64,000 nucleotides of DNA from Octopus vulgaris (GCA_951406725.2 OX597818.1:53506001-53570000); one strand, 5' to 3'; shown: positions 13,450 to 28,216, counted from the first letter of the stretch. A program made the numbers and translations. The notes: generated from the sequence alone by a model not told the origin.

Positions 13450-13792
13450 GTGGTAGCTGTATTGGTTGCGGTGGTAGATGTAGTGGTGGTGATTGTAGTA
13501 GTAGTTGCAGTGTTGGCATTAATGGTATTTCTTGTGCAAGTGGTAGCTACTATTGGTGGTATTAGTGATAGTTGTAGTAGTAGAAGTTGTTGTAATGGTG
13601 GTGATTGTCGTAGTGGTGGTGGTAGTGGTGGTTGTGGTAGTGGTGGCGGTAGTGGTGGTGGTGGTGGTGGCGGTGCTGGTGCTGGTGGTTGTAGTGGTGG
13701 TTGTGGTGGTGGTGGTGGCGGTGCTGGTGCTGGTGCTTGTAGTGGTGGTTGTGGTGGTGGCGGCGACGACGGCGGTCGCGGTGGTGGTCGCA
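13450..13792. repeat. (GGT/GTA)n low-complexity tract
   Basis: Degenerate trinucleotide repeat; partly duplicated at 16350-16510. Confidence 0.9.
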
Positions 13793-13869
13793 ACTGCGAA
13801 TTATATAACCCTGTGATATAATGTAGCAGCTAGGAATGAACTCCTTAATGAAATTAGAAGTTATTCCTA

Positions 13870-14250
13870 CGCGGTCCAGTCCCTGTTGGAGTGATTTGTG
13901 CGTCCCAATGACTGCCAGCAGAGTGCTAGCTTCTGGTGGAGTCTCCCATGTTGGATAGGTCAAAGGACAGAGGGCAAGCTAAAATGAACCACTTCTTTCC
14001 AAAATTGAATGGTTTGCATAGGGCCAACAAACCTAACTAGTAAACTAGAATAAAAACAAGGCTGCAGAAGAAGCGATGAAGAGTCACAATGAACACGAAC
14101 TGACAGAGGAAGGCATTCTCTCAGAGGAATATTTGATTCTAAGGCAGAGCTGAAAAATCAGAGATCAAATTGAGGAGAAGTAATAAAGACAGAGCAGAAT
14201 CGTCTACGGCTTTTACCCAATAGGGGATTAAGGGCTTAAATAAGTAAGTT
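13870..14250 (+). mobile_element. Internally deleted RTE-related non-autonomous retroelement
   Basis: RTE-5'UTR-like GGTGGAGTCTCCCATGTTGGATAGGTCAAAGG joined to an RTE-like tail ...GGGCTTAAATAAGTAAGT. Family recognised from memory. Confidence 0.5.
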
Positions 14251-14887
14251 GTTATTCTCGTAATAACAAAAATATGTTGAAAAAATCAAAAAAAACTTTA
14301 TTCATGAATAATTCATCTAAAATGAAAGTATCCCCTACTCTAAGTAACAGGTAATGTTAATACAATAAGCAATAGCAGCATTATAAGAATGACGAGTGTT
14401 TTTTTTTTAATTTAAATTTTTATTTTTATTATTTTTTTTTTTTAATGTGCATGTTTGAGTTAAATATCCCATATGAAAATGAGGAAAGGAAGTCCGTTTG
14501 GGCAAGATCGTAATCGTAGCCAGGAAAAGATTTATGACATCACTTTTATGAGTTCTTGGCTCCTTATTTGAGTAATGAAAGATCTCTCCTTCTGACGTCC
14601 AACAATCAATCAAACTGGAAAATATTACTCCATCATTCGGTCATTGAACTTGTTATATCCTGTCATTTAGAGACCAACTAAAGCGACGCACCTCTTGCGA
14701 AGTTAACGAGGGTTCTTTTGCTGAACTTCTAGTATAGGCGCGTTTGTCTATTGTTTGTACCCACGGGTATGTTTATAAGTAATGTATGTATTGGAGTTTG
14801 TTAACTTGTATGTGTATGTTGAAATTTGCTTAGACATGTGTGTAGGTTAAAATTTGTTTATATATGTGTGTATGTTGAAATTTGTTG

Positions 14888-14955
<68 letters not shown>

Positions 14956-15164
14956 TAGAGTGATTCCGCTGGCGAATGTCTATTAAGCGTTTGCGTGCTA
15001 GGCTTTCATTGTCTGTATGAGCGCCTGTGTGAGCGTGTGTCAGTAAGTGTATCTGAGTATGTTAACGTGAGTACGTGTGTGTGTGAGTGTGTAAGTGTGT
15101 GTATGTGTGTGTCTCTCTCTCTCTCTTTCTCTCCCTCTTTCTCTCCCTCTCTCTCTCTCTCTCA

Positions 15165-15207
<43 letters not shown>

Positions 15208-15285
15208 AGTATAATTGAGCTGGTGTTGACTGTATGTGTGCGCTGCGGTTTAAATGTGAATTTGGTGCGCTGCGGTTTGTTTGTT

Positions 15286-15345
<60 letters not shown>

Positions 15346-15939
15346 TATATGGTGAGTAACCGCGCTGATGTGTATTTGCGCTGTGTGCATTTATACTTAG
15401 CGTGTGTGTGTATGTGTGTGTGTATGTGTGTGTGTGTGTGTCTGTGTGCCTAGTGGAAATTGTCTATGTGTGTGCTTATATGTATGCATTTTTCTGCCTA
15501 TTTAGATGTGTTGACTGCGTGAGTATATACACATGTGTGACTATGTGTATGCATGTGTGCGCGTGTATGTGTGTATGTGTGTGTGTGCACGCGTATGTGT
15601 GAGTGTGCGAGTGTGCGTGTGCGTGCTTTAAGAAAAGAAAACAGCTCTAAATGAAGTCAGCCTGAAACAATAAGATGGGTGAAGAGAGAAGGAATGGAGT
15701 GAGGGAGAGAAAGAGAGAGGGTGAGATACGGGTGGGGGGGAAGAGTGAGAGAAAGAAAGAAAAAAAGAAAGAAAGAAAGAAAGAAAGAAAGAAAAAGAAA
15801 GAGGAAGAGAGAAAAAAACGGTGATAAGGAAGACATAACAAAGACAGAACAGAGAAAAGAAAGGGTGGCGGGTAGACGGAGGAAATAATGAAGAAACGGG
15901 TATTTCGTGTAATGAGTATTAGGGGTGTTGCTGGGGGGT

Positions 15940-17065
15940 ATTGCTGGAGTGGTACTGGTTGTGGCGCAGTGCGTTGAGGATGAGATGGTGATGATGAATG
16001 GCGGGGTGGAGATGGATATGTGGGGGGGTGAGGTTCGGGGTGGGGGGGGGGGGGGGTTAGTGGTGAGGTGCGGGTGATGAATAAGTAATGTGGAGGTGGC
16101 ATGGGTGCTACGGCATGGTGGTTGTTGATATAATGGTGTTGGTGGTGGTGGTGGTGGTGGTGGTTGTGGTGGCGGTGGTGGTGTTGATGTTAGTGTTGAT
16201 TGTGGTGGTGGTGGTGATGGTGGTTCTGTTAATGTTAATGGTTGTTCTAGCGGTTGATGGTGGTGGTCGTGGTGGTGGCGGTGGTGGTGGTGGTGGAGGT
16301 AGTTGCAATGTTGGTATTAGTGATAGCTGTCATGGTTGTGGTGGTAGTTGTAGTGGTGGTGATAGTAGTAGTTGCAGTGTTGGTATTAGTGGTATTTCTT
16401 GTGCAAGTGGTAGCTACTATTGGTGTTATTAGTGATAGTTGTAGTAGTAGAAGTAGTTGTAATGGTGGTGATTGTCGTAGTGGTGGTGGTAGTGGTGGTT
16501 GTAGTAGTGGTGGTGGTAGTGGTGGTGGTAGTGGTGGTGCTGGTGCTGGTGGTGCTGGTGATGGTGGTGATGCTGATGGTGCTGGTGGTCGTCGTCGTCG
16601 TCGTTGTTGTCGTAGTAGTAGCGGTGCTGGAAGTGAGGGTAGTTGGGTAACGGTGGTGGTAGTTTTAGTCGTGATGGTGGTGTTGTTACTGGTGGTGGTA
16701 GTGGCTATAGATGTAGTGGTGGTGGTGGTGGTGGTAGTGGTGGCGGTGGTGGCGGCGGCGGTAAATTCTAAAGGACTAAAGCCGGAGTGTTAAAATTGAA
16801 AGTGCGAAAGTGGTAGTGAGTGAATGGCAAGGGTGGAACAGGCTTCGAGGTGGCGGTGATGAATGTTGTTGTGGTGTTGTTGTTGTTGTTGTTGCTGATG
16901 CAGTTGATATTGATGTTGTTATTGTTGTTGCTGCCGCTGCTGCTGTTGTTGTAATTGCTGTTGTTGTTGTTGGCGGTAGTGTTGCAGTGGTAGTGTTCTT
17001 GTGGGGTGGAGCTGGTGTTGATTTAGTATATAATGGTGGGGAGAATGGTGGGTCGTGGAGGTGAT
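15940..17065. repeat. (GGT/GTT)n low-complexity region
   Basis: Degenerate trinucleotide repeats producing spurious poly-V/G/P ORFs. Confidence 0.9.
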
Positions 17066-17237
17066 GTAGAACTAATGGAGTTGATAGGGAGTGTTAAATG
17101 AAGTTACTCACACAAGTTTTACTCCTCTTACTTCTTCAGTTGACCATATATGGAAATCGTATGCTAATTGGCCTACTTTTGTAACCCGGACGCAGCAAAT
17201 TGCCTTACCTTACTGAAAAAATAAATTTTTTATTTGT

Positions 17238-17335
<98 letters not shown>

Positions 17336-17534
17336 CATATACGCACATATACATACATATATATGTGTATATATATATATATGCATATATATGTATATAC
17401 ACATACGCACACATACGATCACACACACATTTACACACGTTAGATGTGACAAACGGAAGAAAGTGTACTCAAACCCGAAGACAGAGTTTTAATGATTTAT
17501 TGACGTGTGCTTAGTCATAAAACATACGTGTCTG

Positions 17535-17570
<36 letters not shown>

Positions 17571-17688
17571 AAGAAAAATATATGTATGTATGTGTATGTA
17601 TGTATGAATGTGTGTATATGTATATATATCCTGGTTCACACGTTAGCAACACAAAACAATATATGATACGCATACATACATACATACA

Positions 17689-17796
<108 letters not shown>

Positions 17797-18184
17797 AGAA
17801 GATTAGAGTTTGAAAACATGCTTGAATCCGAATAGAACAGATAGCATTCGATGCAAGTATTGAAAAGTACCTTTCAATCAAAAAACATAGGTTCTTCAAC
17901 ATAGGTTCTTCAGGTAAACTCTACGGTTTGCAGATATCTACCCAGATATTTCACACCTCTGAAAATATCTGGGGAATCCGCATATTGAACACTAAAGAAA
18001 TACGTGTAAAAGCACTAACCACGGCAATACTCTGTGTGTGTGTATATATGTAAGCATGTATGTATGCATATATATATGCGTGTGTGTGAGTGTGTGTATG
18101 TATGCGTGTGTATACATATATACACATACATACATATATATAGAGAGAGAGGGAGCGAGATGAACAGACAGTCAGACACATGAC

Positions 18185-18584
<400 letters not shown>

Positions 18585-19029
18585 GCTACAGGATTCATTA
18601 GAATCTGGCCATATCAACAAGTAGGACGCCAGCACTGATTGGGTGTCATAACGTTGTTTTCAGTCAGGTTAAATAATTATTAGGTGTCATTTGTTAATAG
18701 TAAGCAGCAGATGTTTATGTATGTGTATATACATATTATTTGGTAGAACTTTGACACGTAGAAAAGCACTTGATCAGCTAAGAGAATAAAGATAATTTCA
18801 AATTAAAAACCACAAATTTTGCAATTATAGGTACCCAGGGCTTCCAGGTCGAAATAATAATTTCTTCCACCTTTTATCAAGCTGAAAGCAAGATCGTTTG
18901 TCAGTTGTCTTTTAAGCAAATAACGTTTACACAAAAAAAAAAAAAAAAACGCTTGCAAATAAGACAAAAGGAAAAACACAAGGGAGATAACCAACGTTAT
19001 AATAATTCGATGTCAAGCAGGCGTTAACC

Positions 19030-19630
19030 ACTTGTTAATGGTCTAATACGTTTCCAGTGGTCTAATTTTAAGTTCCGAAAAGATGTATTTGTTGAAGTAT
19101 GGACATAAAGAGAAAATCTCATTCCTCGAATGTATATTCGTTGGAGGTTCTCAAGTGTTTTAATAGCTACAGTTGTTCAAGCGAACACACTGGGTATTTT
19201 TTAGATCGGTTAATATACGATATGGACTTTGAGAGGATTTTCCATTTGATATTTGCAATTGGCCCCTTCGTCTCCAAGTTTTTAGATTAAAGCCGAAAGC
19301 CTTGTTAAATGTCTCTTATTACAGTATCTAAAATTCGAAAGATGGTTGTTATATCTAACTTAAAATTTTCTTTCCACAGCTCCGATGTAACATTTGATAT
19401 TTGTATGACCATCGTCGTAGTTTGCTGAAACCTGTGCCTGATAAACAACAGAAGATATGTCGCACTCCTGTCCTAGAGGACATTTAGATTTGTCACTACA
19501 AGTGCATCCGGTGCAGGCTTGAGTCATCCGTTGCTTATTGATATACGACATAACATTAGGACAAGAAAAAGGAAACTTTTGTTGCGTGTTAAAGATTTTA
19601 TTGTATCTACGGGATCTAGGAAAGTTCAAG
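19030..19630 (-). mobile_element. Decayed PLE GIY-YIG region with CxCx5C linker
   Basis: CTCSDKSKCPLGQECDISSVVYQAQV...KCYIGAVERKF*VRYNNHLSNFR. Confidence 0.85.
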
Positions 19631-19702
19631 AATCTTCTACCTATATTTGTAGTAACATATATAGTGACATGGGATCAGCTGCATGTGTAAAGATAAATTT
19701 CA

Positions 19703-19923
<221 letters not shown>

Positions 19924-20656
19924 ATTTATCTTTACACATGCAGCTGATCACATGTTAATTTATTTTTCTGAATATTCTTCGAACAGTTTTTAATTTCATA
20001 GGCAGCAAATTGGATGAATTATACGAGATTTGTAAAGGATATTTTGCGGTAGTTTTGTTTCGGTACCTGACATTTTGAGATCAAATGCCACCGAAGTCAA
20101 TGTCGTCTTTCATCCTTTTGGGTTTGATAAATGAAGTGCCTGTCTAGGAAATGGGATTGGCGTCAACGTTAAAGCTTCGGATGGTACGCCTTGCAGAATG
20201 TTTTCCTCTTCTTTGGGCCTGAATCGAAATCTCACTACGAGTTATTTGCGCTGTACATTCAGTGCATCATTCGGTTAATAACCTCATCAATTTCCTCCAA
20301 CTAATCTCGAAGTTCCTGTAAAATCTCACGTATAATGCTCCTTTGCTCAGATTTTGTTTGAAAATCAGAAACGTGAAACTCAGGGAAGTACGAAATATTA
20401 GCTATTAGCCAAATAAATGTTTTCTAATTTCAATATCGAGCGCTCACTTTTAACTTTCCTGGCCATAATGAAGACTTTGCACATAACAGCACAGATTATC
20501 TACCCAGTCACAGAGTAAAGCGCAGTAAAAAAACACTTAAAATACTGAATAAAGAAAGATATCTCTTAGAATTTTCAGAATATTGCTGTTTTAAGAAGCA
20601 GTAACTAAGAGGCTTTACTTGAGTAAACAGATTTTTTTAGGTCGAGATGAAAAGTA

Positions 20657-20880
20657 TACTAAGGGGTGCTGAAAAATTCCTGGCTTTGTGTAAAAGAAAA
20701 TACAGGGGGCTCAGTTAATTATGATTCTTTTTATTCAATATATTCCTCTCTCATATTGACACACATATTGCAGCAGTCGTTCAGTTTTTCTAAGCCTTGT
20801 AGAAGAATTTGGAAGTTAGGGCCTTCAGTCAGGCCTTTCGCGATCCCCTTAAAAACCAAGAACTTTTCGTCATTCCCTCG
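20657..20880 (-). mobile_element. Mariner right end with transposase C-terminus
   Basis: LLQGLEKLNDCCNMCVNMREEYIE* (cf. KL..RW.KC....GEYVE), followed by a TIR-like end (plus strand TACTAAGGGGTGCTGAAAAATTCC). Confidence 0.7.
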
Positions 20881-21257
20881 TATTTCTGTCGAAAGGTAAA
20901 ACCTGAAACCGAATACTTTTGGTAGTGAAAAACTTTCATTTAAGACTAACAAAAGCCCACTGCAGATAAGGCATCTAGAATTATTTGAAAAGGATTTCTG
21001 CAAACTGATATGAAACATTACACTTCGTAAATTTGGCGACAAATTTCAGAGTCATCTAAAAAAAAAAAAAAAACAATCTGGATGTTTTGGCTTATCAAGA
21101 TGAGACATATTTCAATGTTGATACAGATTTAGATAAAAAAGATTTTATAAATCTTTTATAAAAGACAATTAACTAATAGTATTAACCAGTAAGTAGAAAT
21201 TCTCCCAAGTTGAGACTCATAAATTTATTGCAGGGTGTTTTTTGCATTATATCTATA

Positions 21258-21436
21258 GGTGCAGGAGTGACTGTGTGGTAAGTAGCTTGCTTACCAGCCA
21301 CATGGTTCCGGATTCAGTCTTGGACAAGTGTCTTCTACTATAGCCTTGGGCCGACCAAAAACTTGTGAGTGGATTTGGTAGACGGAAACTGAAAGAAACC
21401 CGTCGTATATATGCATATATATATATATATATGTAT

Positions 21437-21489
<53 letters not shown>

Positions 21490-21508
21490 TATATATGTGT
21501 GTGTGTGT

Positions 21509-21548
<40 letters not shown>

Positions 21549-21740
21549 TTGTGCGTCTGTGTTTGTCCCTCTACCATCACTTGACAACCAATGCTGGTAT
21601 ATTTACGTACCCGGTTCGGCAAGAGAGACCGATAGAATAAGTACTAGGCTTACAAAGAATAAGTCCTTGGGCCGATTTGCTCGAATAAAGGTGGTGCTCC
21701 AGCATGGCCGCAGTCAAATGACTGGAACAAAGAAAAACAG
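21258..21740 (+). mobile_element. SINE family A
   Basis: Head GGTGCAGGAGTGACTGTGTGGTAAG, internal (TA)/(TG) tract, tail GGTGCTCCAGCATGGCCGCAGTCAAATGACTG. Confidence 0.9.
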
Positions 21741-22273
21741 GGATTCACATCAGCGTTTAATATAAACGGCAAAGTAGAAAGCCTTAGTCTCCCGCTCAGC
21801 TCATATCACTTTCAAGAAAAAAAGTTTTGTTAGCTACCTTAAATGTAAGTTAATAAAATAAAAAATCGCTAAACAAATCCAGGTATATCTAGTATGAAAC
21901 TCCTTGATCCTAATATTTTTAGAGTTAGAGAAGTAGTGAAACTTCAGGGATGGAATTATAACTTGTTCATTACAGAATAATTCAATAGTTTAATTTAATA
22001 GACAGAAAAATCACCGGTTCTTTCAACGTGATATTGTGAGTTATTATCACTCTATTACTTAGCTATTTCTTCTTCAAACATTAGTCTCCGTTTTTATAGA
22101 CCTTTATCTTCAGTATCCTCTGATGCAAATGCATTTACAAAAGTATTTCAGTTTTACAACGATGCATTTAGTTGTAGCGGATTTTAGATAGAATAAGATA
22201 TATACCCAGACCTTTAACTCCCAAACGTAGAAACAAAAATAATAAATAATACAGTCTTTAGATTAAGTGTTAA

Positions 22274-22339
<66 letters not shown>

Positions 22340-22403
22340 TCCCGGGTTGAGTCGGGGTTAACCACAGTAGATAAGGTACTCAATACATTGCAGAGTAAAG
22401 TAA

Positions 22404-22476
22404 TTTATTTTATAGAAGGAGCTTCTACAGGACTAGAACAGTTCTAGTCCTGTAGAAGCTCCTTCTATAAAATAAT
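22404..22476. repeat. Perfect ~33-bp-arm palindrome
   Basis: TTATTTTATAGAAGGAGCTTCTACAGGACTAGAAC-A-GTTCTAGTCCTGTAGAAGCTCCTTCTATAAAATAA. Confidence 0.95.
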
Positions 22477-22544
<68 letters not shown>

Positions 22545-22803
22545 AGGATCCATACAGAAATTCTAATAAATTTTTTTTTACTCTTTTGGCAAAAATTTCA
22601 GTAGCTCCAATAAATCAATTAATGCAAACCATGTCAAATAATTATGGCATCAAAATCAAGAGTAGCGTAGTTATAGGATTTCAAGTAAAAAACTCGCTTG
22701 ATCGGAAATGGTTTATCAGTTCCTTTGTACAGTGTATAAAGTTTGAATTGAATGAATGCATGTAGCAGAAATCTAATATTGGGTTAATTGAAAAAAATAA
22801 ATA

Positions 22804-23175
22804 AACAAGAGCACTCAGAGAGCACAAACCTCCGCCAAGGCAACACCAACATCCTCCCAACGATTAGCCGGAGATGGTTTTTAAAATGAGAATATCTGAA
22901 ATAAACTCGACTGTTCTCACAAACGAGAATAGTAAAAATGAACATGACCGTTCTCAAAAATTAGGTAAAAACACAGGAAAAATAATCCAGAATCCTTGTC
23001 CGGTACCGGATCGATCACAAAAATCTAATCAGTCTGTGCCAGGCACGAGCCCAAACATCTTGAAAGTTTCATCCGAATCGATCGAGCGGTTCTTGAGATA
23101 TCTTGTCCACGGACAAACAAACAAACAAATACGACAGAAAACAATACCTCTGCCTTCACTAAAGCGGAGGTAATT
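22804..23175 (+). mobile_element. Helentron-associated (HINE/DINE-1-like) non-autonomous element
   Basis: Subterminal ACCTCCGCC near the 5' end; terminal hairpin TACCTCTGCC...GCGGAGGTA; internal (ACAA)n. Confidence 0.6.
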
Positions 23176-23544
23176 AAATTTAAGTCCAGATTTTACGCAC
23201 ACCCGCATTCGTTAGTCAACCTAAACAGTAAAATTTTCTGCTGGACTTTCAGAATATATCTGGAAATTAAGGCAAAATGGTAAGAGTATCTTTAATTCAA
23301 AATAGTTTCTCCTTACGTTCGCGTTTGATTACAAGTATAGCAAAATTAAAGAGAAATTCATTTGACATCTACGTTTAATAGAAAAGATTTTAATGTTACT
23401 GCAAAATGTGCAGAATGCCTTTTGACAATTATTAATTGTATTACTGTTTTCTGTTTAGAAGAACAGTAACATCTACAACGTTTGCAGATCTAATTTTATG
23501 GCACCAAACAAAATATTTAAGCTTAATAAAGAAATATGAAAATG

Positions 23545-24030
23545 TTCGATTAACAGTTATCGCCAAGCTAATATGGCAGTCCATAAATATAAGACTTAAG
23601 CTGCCGTTGATTAGCTCCAAGAGGCCATCGCCTCTAGCTAGCTGTATGACACACGAACTTGTGTCCATTATAACCTTCGAACAGGGGAGATCAGCCGTTT
23701 TCCCTTGCTGGTCAGACATCTGCAGACATGTTTCAGGGTATTTGCCCTTTATCAATGCAGAATAGCCAGACCCAGCAGGCGTCGCTGCCAACCGTTTGTT
23801 CGAAGGATTATTTACCTAATTTCAGTGGAATACATCCACTGGTTTTCAAAAATAGAAATATTAAAATTTCTAAGTCTCTCTAAAGGGGCGGTACAAGAAA
23901 TTAACAGCTAATCAACGGCAGATTTCGTCCTATATTTATGGACTGCCATATTAACTTGGCGATAACTATTAATATCCAGTACCGCTGCCGTAGTCTCCTT
24001 TAGAGAGACTTAGAAATTTTAATATTTCTA
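23545..24030 (-). mobile_element. PLE-terminus-like repeat with inverted segments and U3-A8 hammerhead motif
   Basis: Minus strand 23719-23761 reads TCTGCA-TTGATAA-AGGG-CAAATA-CCCT-GAAA-CATG-TC-TGCAGA. Same family as the foldback at 34208-34442. Confidence 0.7.
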
Positions 24031-24376
24031 AAATGTTCAATGAAATCCACAAAAGTGAGAGACAGCCATGTGTTTAATACAGTTGCTTCCGCATAATTGG
24101 ATACTGGATAAATACATAACCCGGCTAACTGCATAACTTTTTAAAACACCGAACTGGTTAACATCAACTGTACGTGAAACTGGTCGGTTAATTGCATATG
24201 CAGATATTAGCAATTTCAGTTCACTCCATCATACAATTCCCAACATTTGTTTAAAATATTGTTGCTTTGTAGCACAAAATTAAGCATTTATTTGATGTGA
24301 ACAAATTATTCTGGATGTTGTTCCTTTTATGTTGAATGTTAATCACGGTAGTTTATACCCCCTCTGTACAAATCAT

Positions 24377-24545
24377 AGCGCAGGAGTGGCTGTGTGGTAA
24401 GTAGCTTGCTTACCAGCCACATGGTTTCGGTTTCGGTCCCACTGCGTGGCACCTTGGGTAAGTGTCTTCTACTATAGCCTCAGGCCGACCAAAACCTTGT
24501 AAGTGGATTTGGTACGGAAACTGAAAGAAGCTCGTCGTATATGTA

Positions 24546-24594
<49 letters not shown>

Positions 24595-24805
24595 TTGTGT
24601 GTCTGTGTTTGTCCCCCAACATCGCTTGACAACCGATGCTGGTGTGTTTACGTCCCCGTAACTAAGCGGTTCGGTAAGAGAGACCGATAGAATAAGTACT
24701 AGTCTTACAAAGAATAAGTCCTGGGGTCGATTTGCTCGACTAAAGGCCGTGCTCTAGCATGGCCACAGTCAAATGACTGAAACAAATAAAAGAGTAAAAG
24801 AGTAA
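24377..24805 (+). mobile_element. SINE family A (full length)
   Basis: tRNA-like head, central (TG)n, (AAAGAGT) tail. Confidence 0.92.
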
Positions 24806-25137
24806 ATAAGTTTAATCTTACCAGTTCCATGGACTAACGTACAAAGTGGCTGGGTATCTCAGATACACGTGTGTATGTTCTACCCTGTTTAAACAATATT
24901 TTAACTGTTATCGTTTAACTTACCACTTGTGAAAACTTTCACACTTTTCTTAGAAAACTCTTCAGTTAGCGAATCTCGTCAGGAAATTATTTTCACTTAC
25001 TTTGAATTCGTCAATTTTAGTGACAAGGTTCAGGAGGATTATCTAAAATTTAATCACATTAGCTAGAGATAATGAATTCAGATATTTAAAAGAAATAAAG
25101 CAACAAAGCTTTCATTATTGATTCACCAGAATAATAT

Positions 25138-25534
25138 TTATTTATAAAAGAGAGGTTGTGTGCTGTCTGTCTCCTACGATTTAGATTCCTAACTACTCCC
25201 ACATTTTGCGGTGCAGTTTAACCAAAACCAGGTATCTTATAGTCGTGATTCATATCGAGCCCTTCTGGGAATTAGCGCGTGTCTACGATGAGTCTACGAT
25301 TTAAAAAAAAAATTACCATCATTTTTTTCCATTTTAATGCATTTTTTCGCTATTATATAAGGGAAGTAACTCTCTAAAAATGTCTACGATGAGTCTACGA
25401 TTTAAAAAAAAATTACCATCATTTTTTTTCCATTTTTAATGCATGTTTTTGTTATTTTTTGGCTATAACTCTCTAAAAATGCTTATATAGATATTTCCCT
25501 TACAAATCCGAGCAACGCCGGGCGATACTGCTAG
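25138..25534 (+). mobile_element. Non-autonomous Helitron
   Basis: 3' hairpin CCGAGCAACGCCGG followed by CTAG|T; internal duplication; second copy at 38347-38644. Confidence 0.85.
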
Positions 25535-25764
25535 TTTTATATATTTTATCTCTTATGGTTAGGATACGTTTTCATCTTGTTTAAATTCGCCACAAAATCT
25601 TGAATAAACGATTATTTATAAGAGATAAAAATATAAAATTGTTGTGGCGAATGAAACAAAAAAATCAACGCTTTATTTGTCGCTTTTATATCTGACTTCA
25701 TTAAACTTTAATTAATGCAATTAAATTTTTGATAATGTTCCAGAAACATGTCCTTAAAATTGAT

Positions 25765-26029
25765 TACTCTCTTTTTCTCTCTTTTACTTGTTTCAGTCAT
25801 TTGACTGCGGCCATGCTGGAGCACCACCGTTAGTCGAGCAAATCAACTCCAGGATTTATTCTTTGTAATCCTAGTACTTATTCTATCGGTCTCTTTTGCC
25901 GAACCGCTAAGTTACGGGGACATAAACACACCAGCATCGGTTGTCAAGCGATGTTGGGGGGACAAACAGACACACAAACATATACACACACATACATACA
26001 TACATACATACATACATACATACATACAT

Positions 26030-26075
<46 letters not shown>

Positions 26076-26237
26076 GACGGGCTTCTTTCAGTTTCCGTCT
26101 ACCAAATCCACTCAGAAAGCTTTGGTTGGCCCAAGGCTATAGTAGAAGACACTTGCTCAAGGTGCCACGCAGTGGACTGAACCCGGAACCATGTGGTTAG
26201 TAAGTAAGCTTCTTAACACACAGCCACTTCTACGCCT
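25765..26237 (-). mobile_element. SINE family A
   Basis: Reverse complement of the family A consensus. Confidence 0.92.
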
Positions 26238-26654
26238 ATTAATTCAATAGTAAGTGAAAATCATTGTTTGACGAACCTTCACAATTTAAAAAAATTCCAT
26301 AAGTGATAAGTCAAACAGTAATACTTATAAAAATAGTTTAAACATGGTCGAACATATGTAAATTAGTTTCAAAAAAGTATAGTCAAGTATATGCGTGTAT
26401 CTGAGATACTCAGCCACTTTGTACGTTGATTCAATAAGATTGACCTGTTGGTAGAAGAGTTAGCGGTTTATACGTCGAAATCGTCGTGCAAGTCTATCGT
26501 ATATGTGTATGTGTGTCCGCGCGTGTGTGTGTGTGTCCGCGCGTATGTGCGTGTGTGTATGTGTGTACGTGTGTGTGTGAGTGTGTGCGTGTTTATTTGT
26601 GAGCTAACAAAGCAACCGATAGTTTCATGTAAAGAGATCTTCACAATTTTTTAA

Positions 26655-26702
<48 letters not shown>

Positions 26703-26704
26703 AC

Positions 26705-26746
<42 letters not shown>

Positions 26747-26866
26747 GTATTATATAATTATACACATACGCACACACATATATACAAACATGAATACTCA
26801 CATACATATTCAGACACATGCACAAACACATATACTCATATACATATAAATGTGTGTGCGTGTGTG

Positions 26867-26917
<51 letters not shown>

Positions 26918-27092
26918 TTTTTTACTGAAATAAGTCAGAAACAATGGTCTAGGAACTAAATTATATGGTAAATGTTTTTAATTTTCGTTCCCTTCGAGAA
27001 TTTATCCCTAATTAGTGGTTTGAGTTGTTTACTGCTCTTTCTAGCGCAAGGCTTTCCTATGATGGAAGCCTCTTAATGTGTTTTAATGTACA

Positions 27093-27153
<61 letters not shown>

Positions 27154-27334
27154 TAGCATTTGCGCAATCTTTCTGCCTTCTGAATTCCACCCACAAAATT
27201 TTCAACTTGACATTTTAACAGTAGCTATTTTCACTTTCCAATGATTACCAGCTGTCGGATTAATCCTGGAATCACTGGGTCACGAACTGATGATGTTTTT
27301 TTCTTGTTACTCTACTATGACCCCTCGTAACATT

Positions 27335-27865
27335 ACGCAAATATTAGCTGTGACAAAGCAAATGCGTGTTCCAACGAAACAGTGTATCTTACGTAATTTT
27401 TCAAACACATCTTTCCTCAGTTTAAAAGTTGCACTGGATAACAGAAAAAACATTTACGTGATATGAAACGCCTCATTTATCTGATATGAAATGTCGTATG
27501 AATGACGCTTGTTCCCCATCAACCAATCTGGTGAGGTCTTTAGAGATCTAGCGATATTAGCCGCAGTGTGATGCAGTGACTACGTATGTAACTTTATCAG
27601 AAGCTGATCGTAAACTATTTTAAACATGCAACATTCTGGTCTTTTCTCATGCTGTAAATGATGTAATGATATACTTTTTTCAGCCAATCAGTAAATTCGG
27701 AAAGCTTTACGCCAACCAGAACGGTGATGTCATTTCTCGTCACAAAATACTCGTCATATAACTGATATTCATTCATTCTTAAAACAAAAGCATTGAACAA
27801 AAAAAAAAAGCTAATAAAAAGAGCAAACGATTGGGTTAATGTGAAGGGGGTAAATTTTGGGTCGA
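27335..27865. repeat. Old dispersed repeat; inverted paralogue of 30480-30955
   Basis: Collinear shared blocks TGCACTGGAT, TTTATCTGATAT, TGAATGACGCTTGTT, AACCAATCTG.TGA.GTCTTTAG. Confidence 0.75.
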
Positions 27866-28146
27866 CATACTCATAAGGGAAGAAGAAAAGCAAGAACAAA
27901 CAAAAATTTTATAAATATTTTCTAAGAAAAAGAACAAGTTATACCCTACGCAATGAAATAGTTAAAACAAAGGATAGGATGACAAAAGATACGAGCTTTA
28001 TTTGCCATATTAGTGAAGTTTCTTCATGGGTATTGCATAAAATTTCTATAAATAGATGCATTGCACACATGTTACAAACATACGCACATGAAAAGGAGTA
28101 ACAATCTCTCTCGTTCTCTCTCTCTTTCTCTTTCTCTCTCTCTCTT

Positions 28147-28216
<70 letters not shown>

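Noticed and set aside
13443-17064. Pro-, Gly- and Val-rich ORFs resembling structural proteins
   Set aside because: Open in several frames and on both strands owing to GGT repeats; no splice or domain support.
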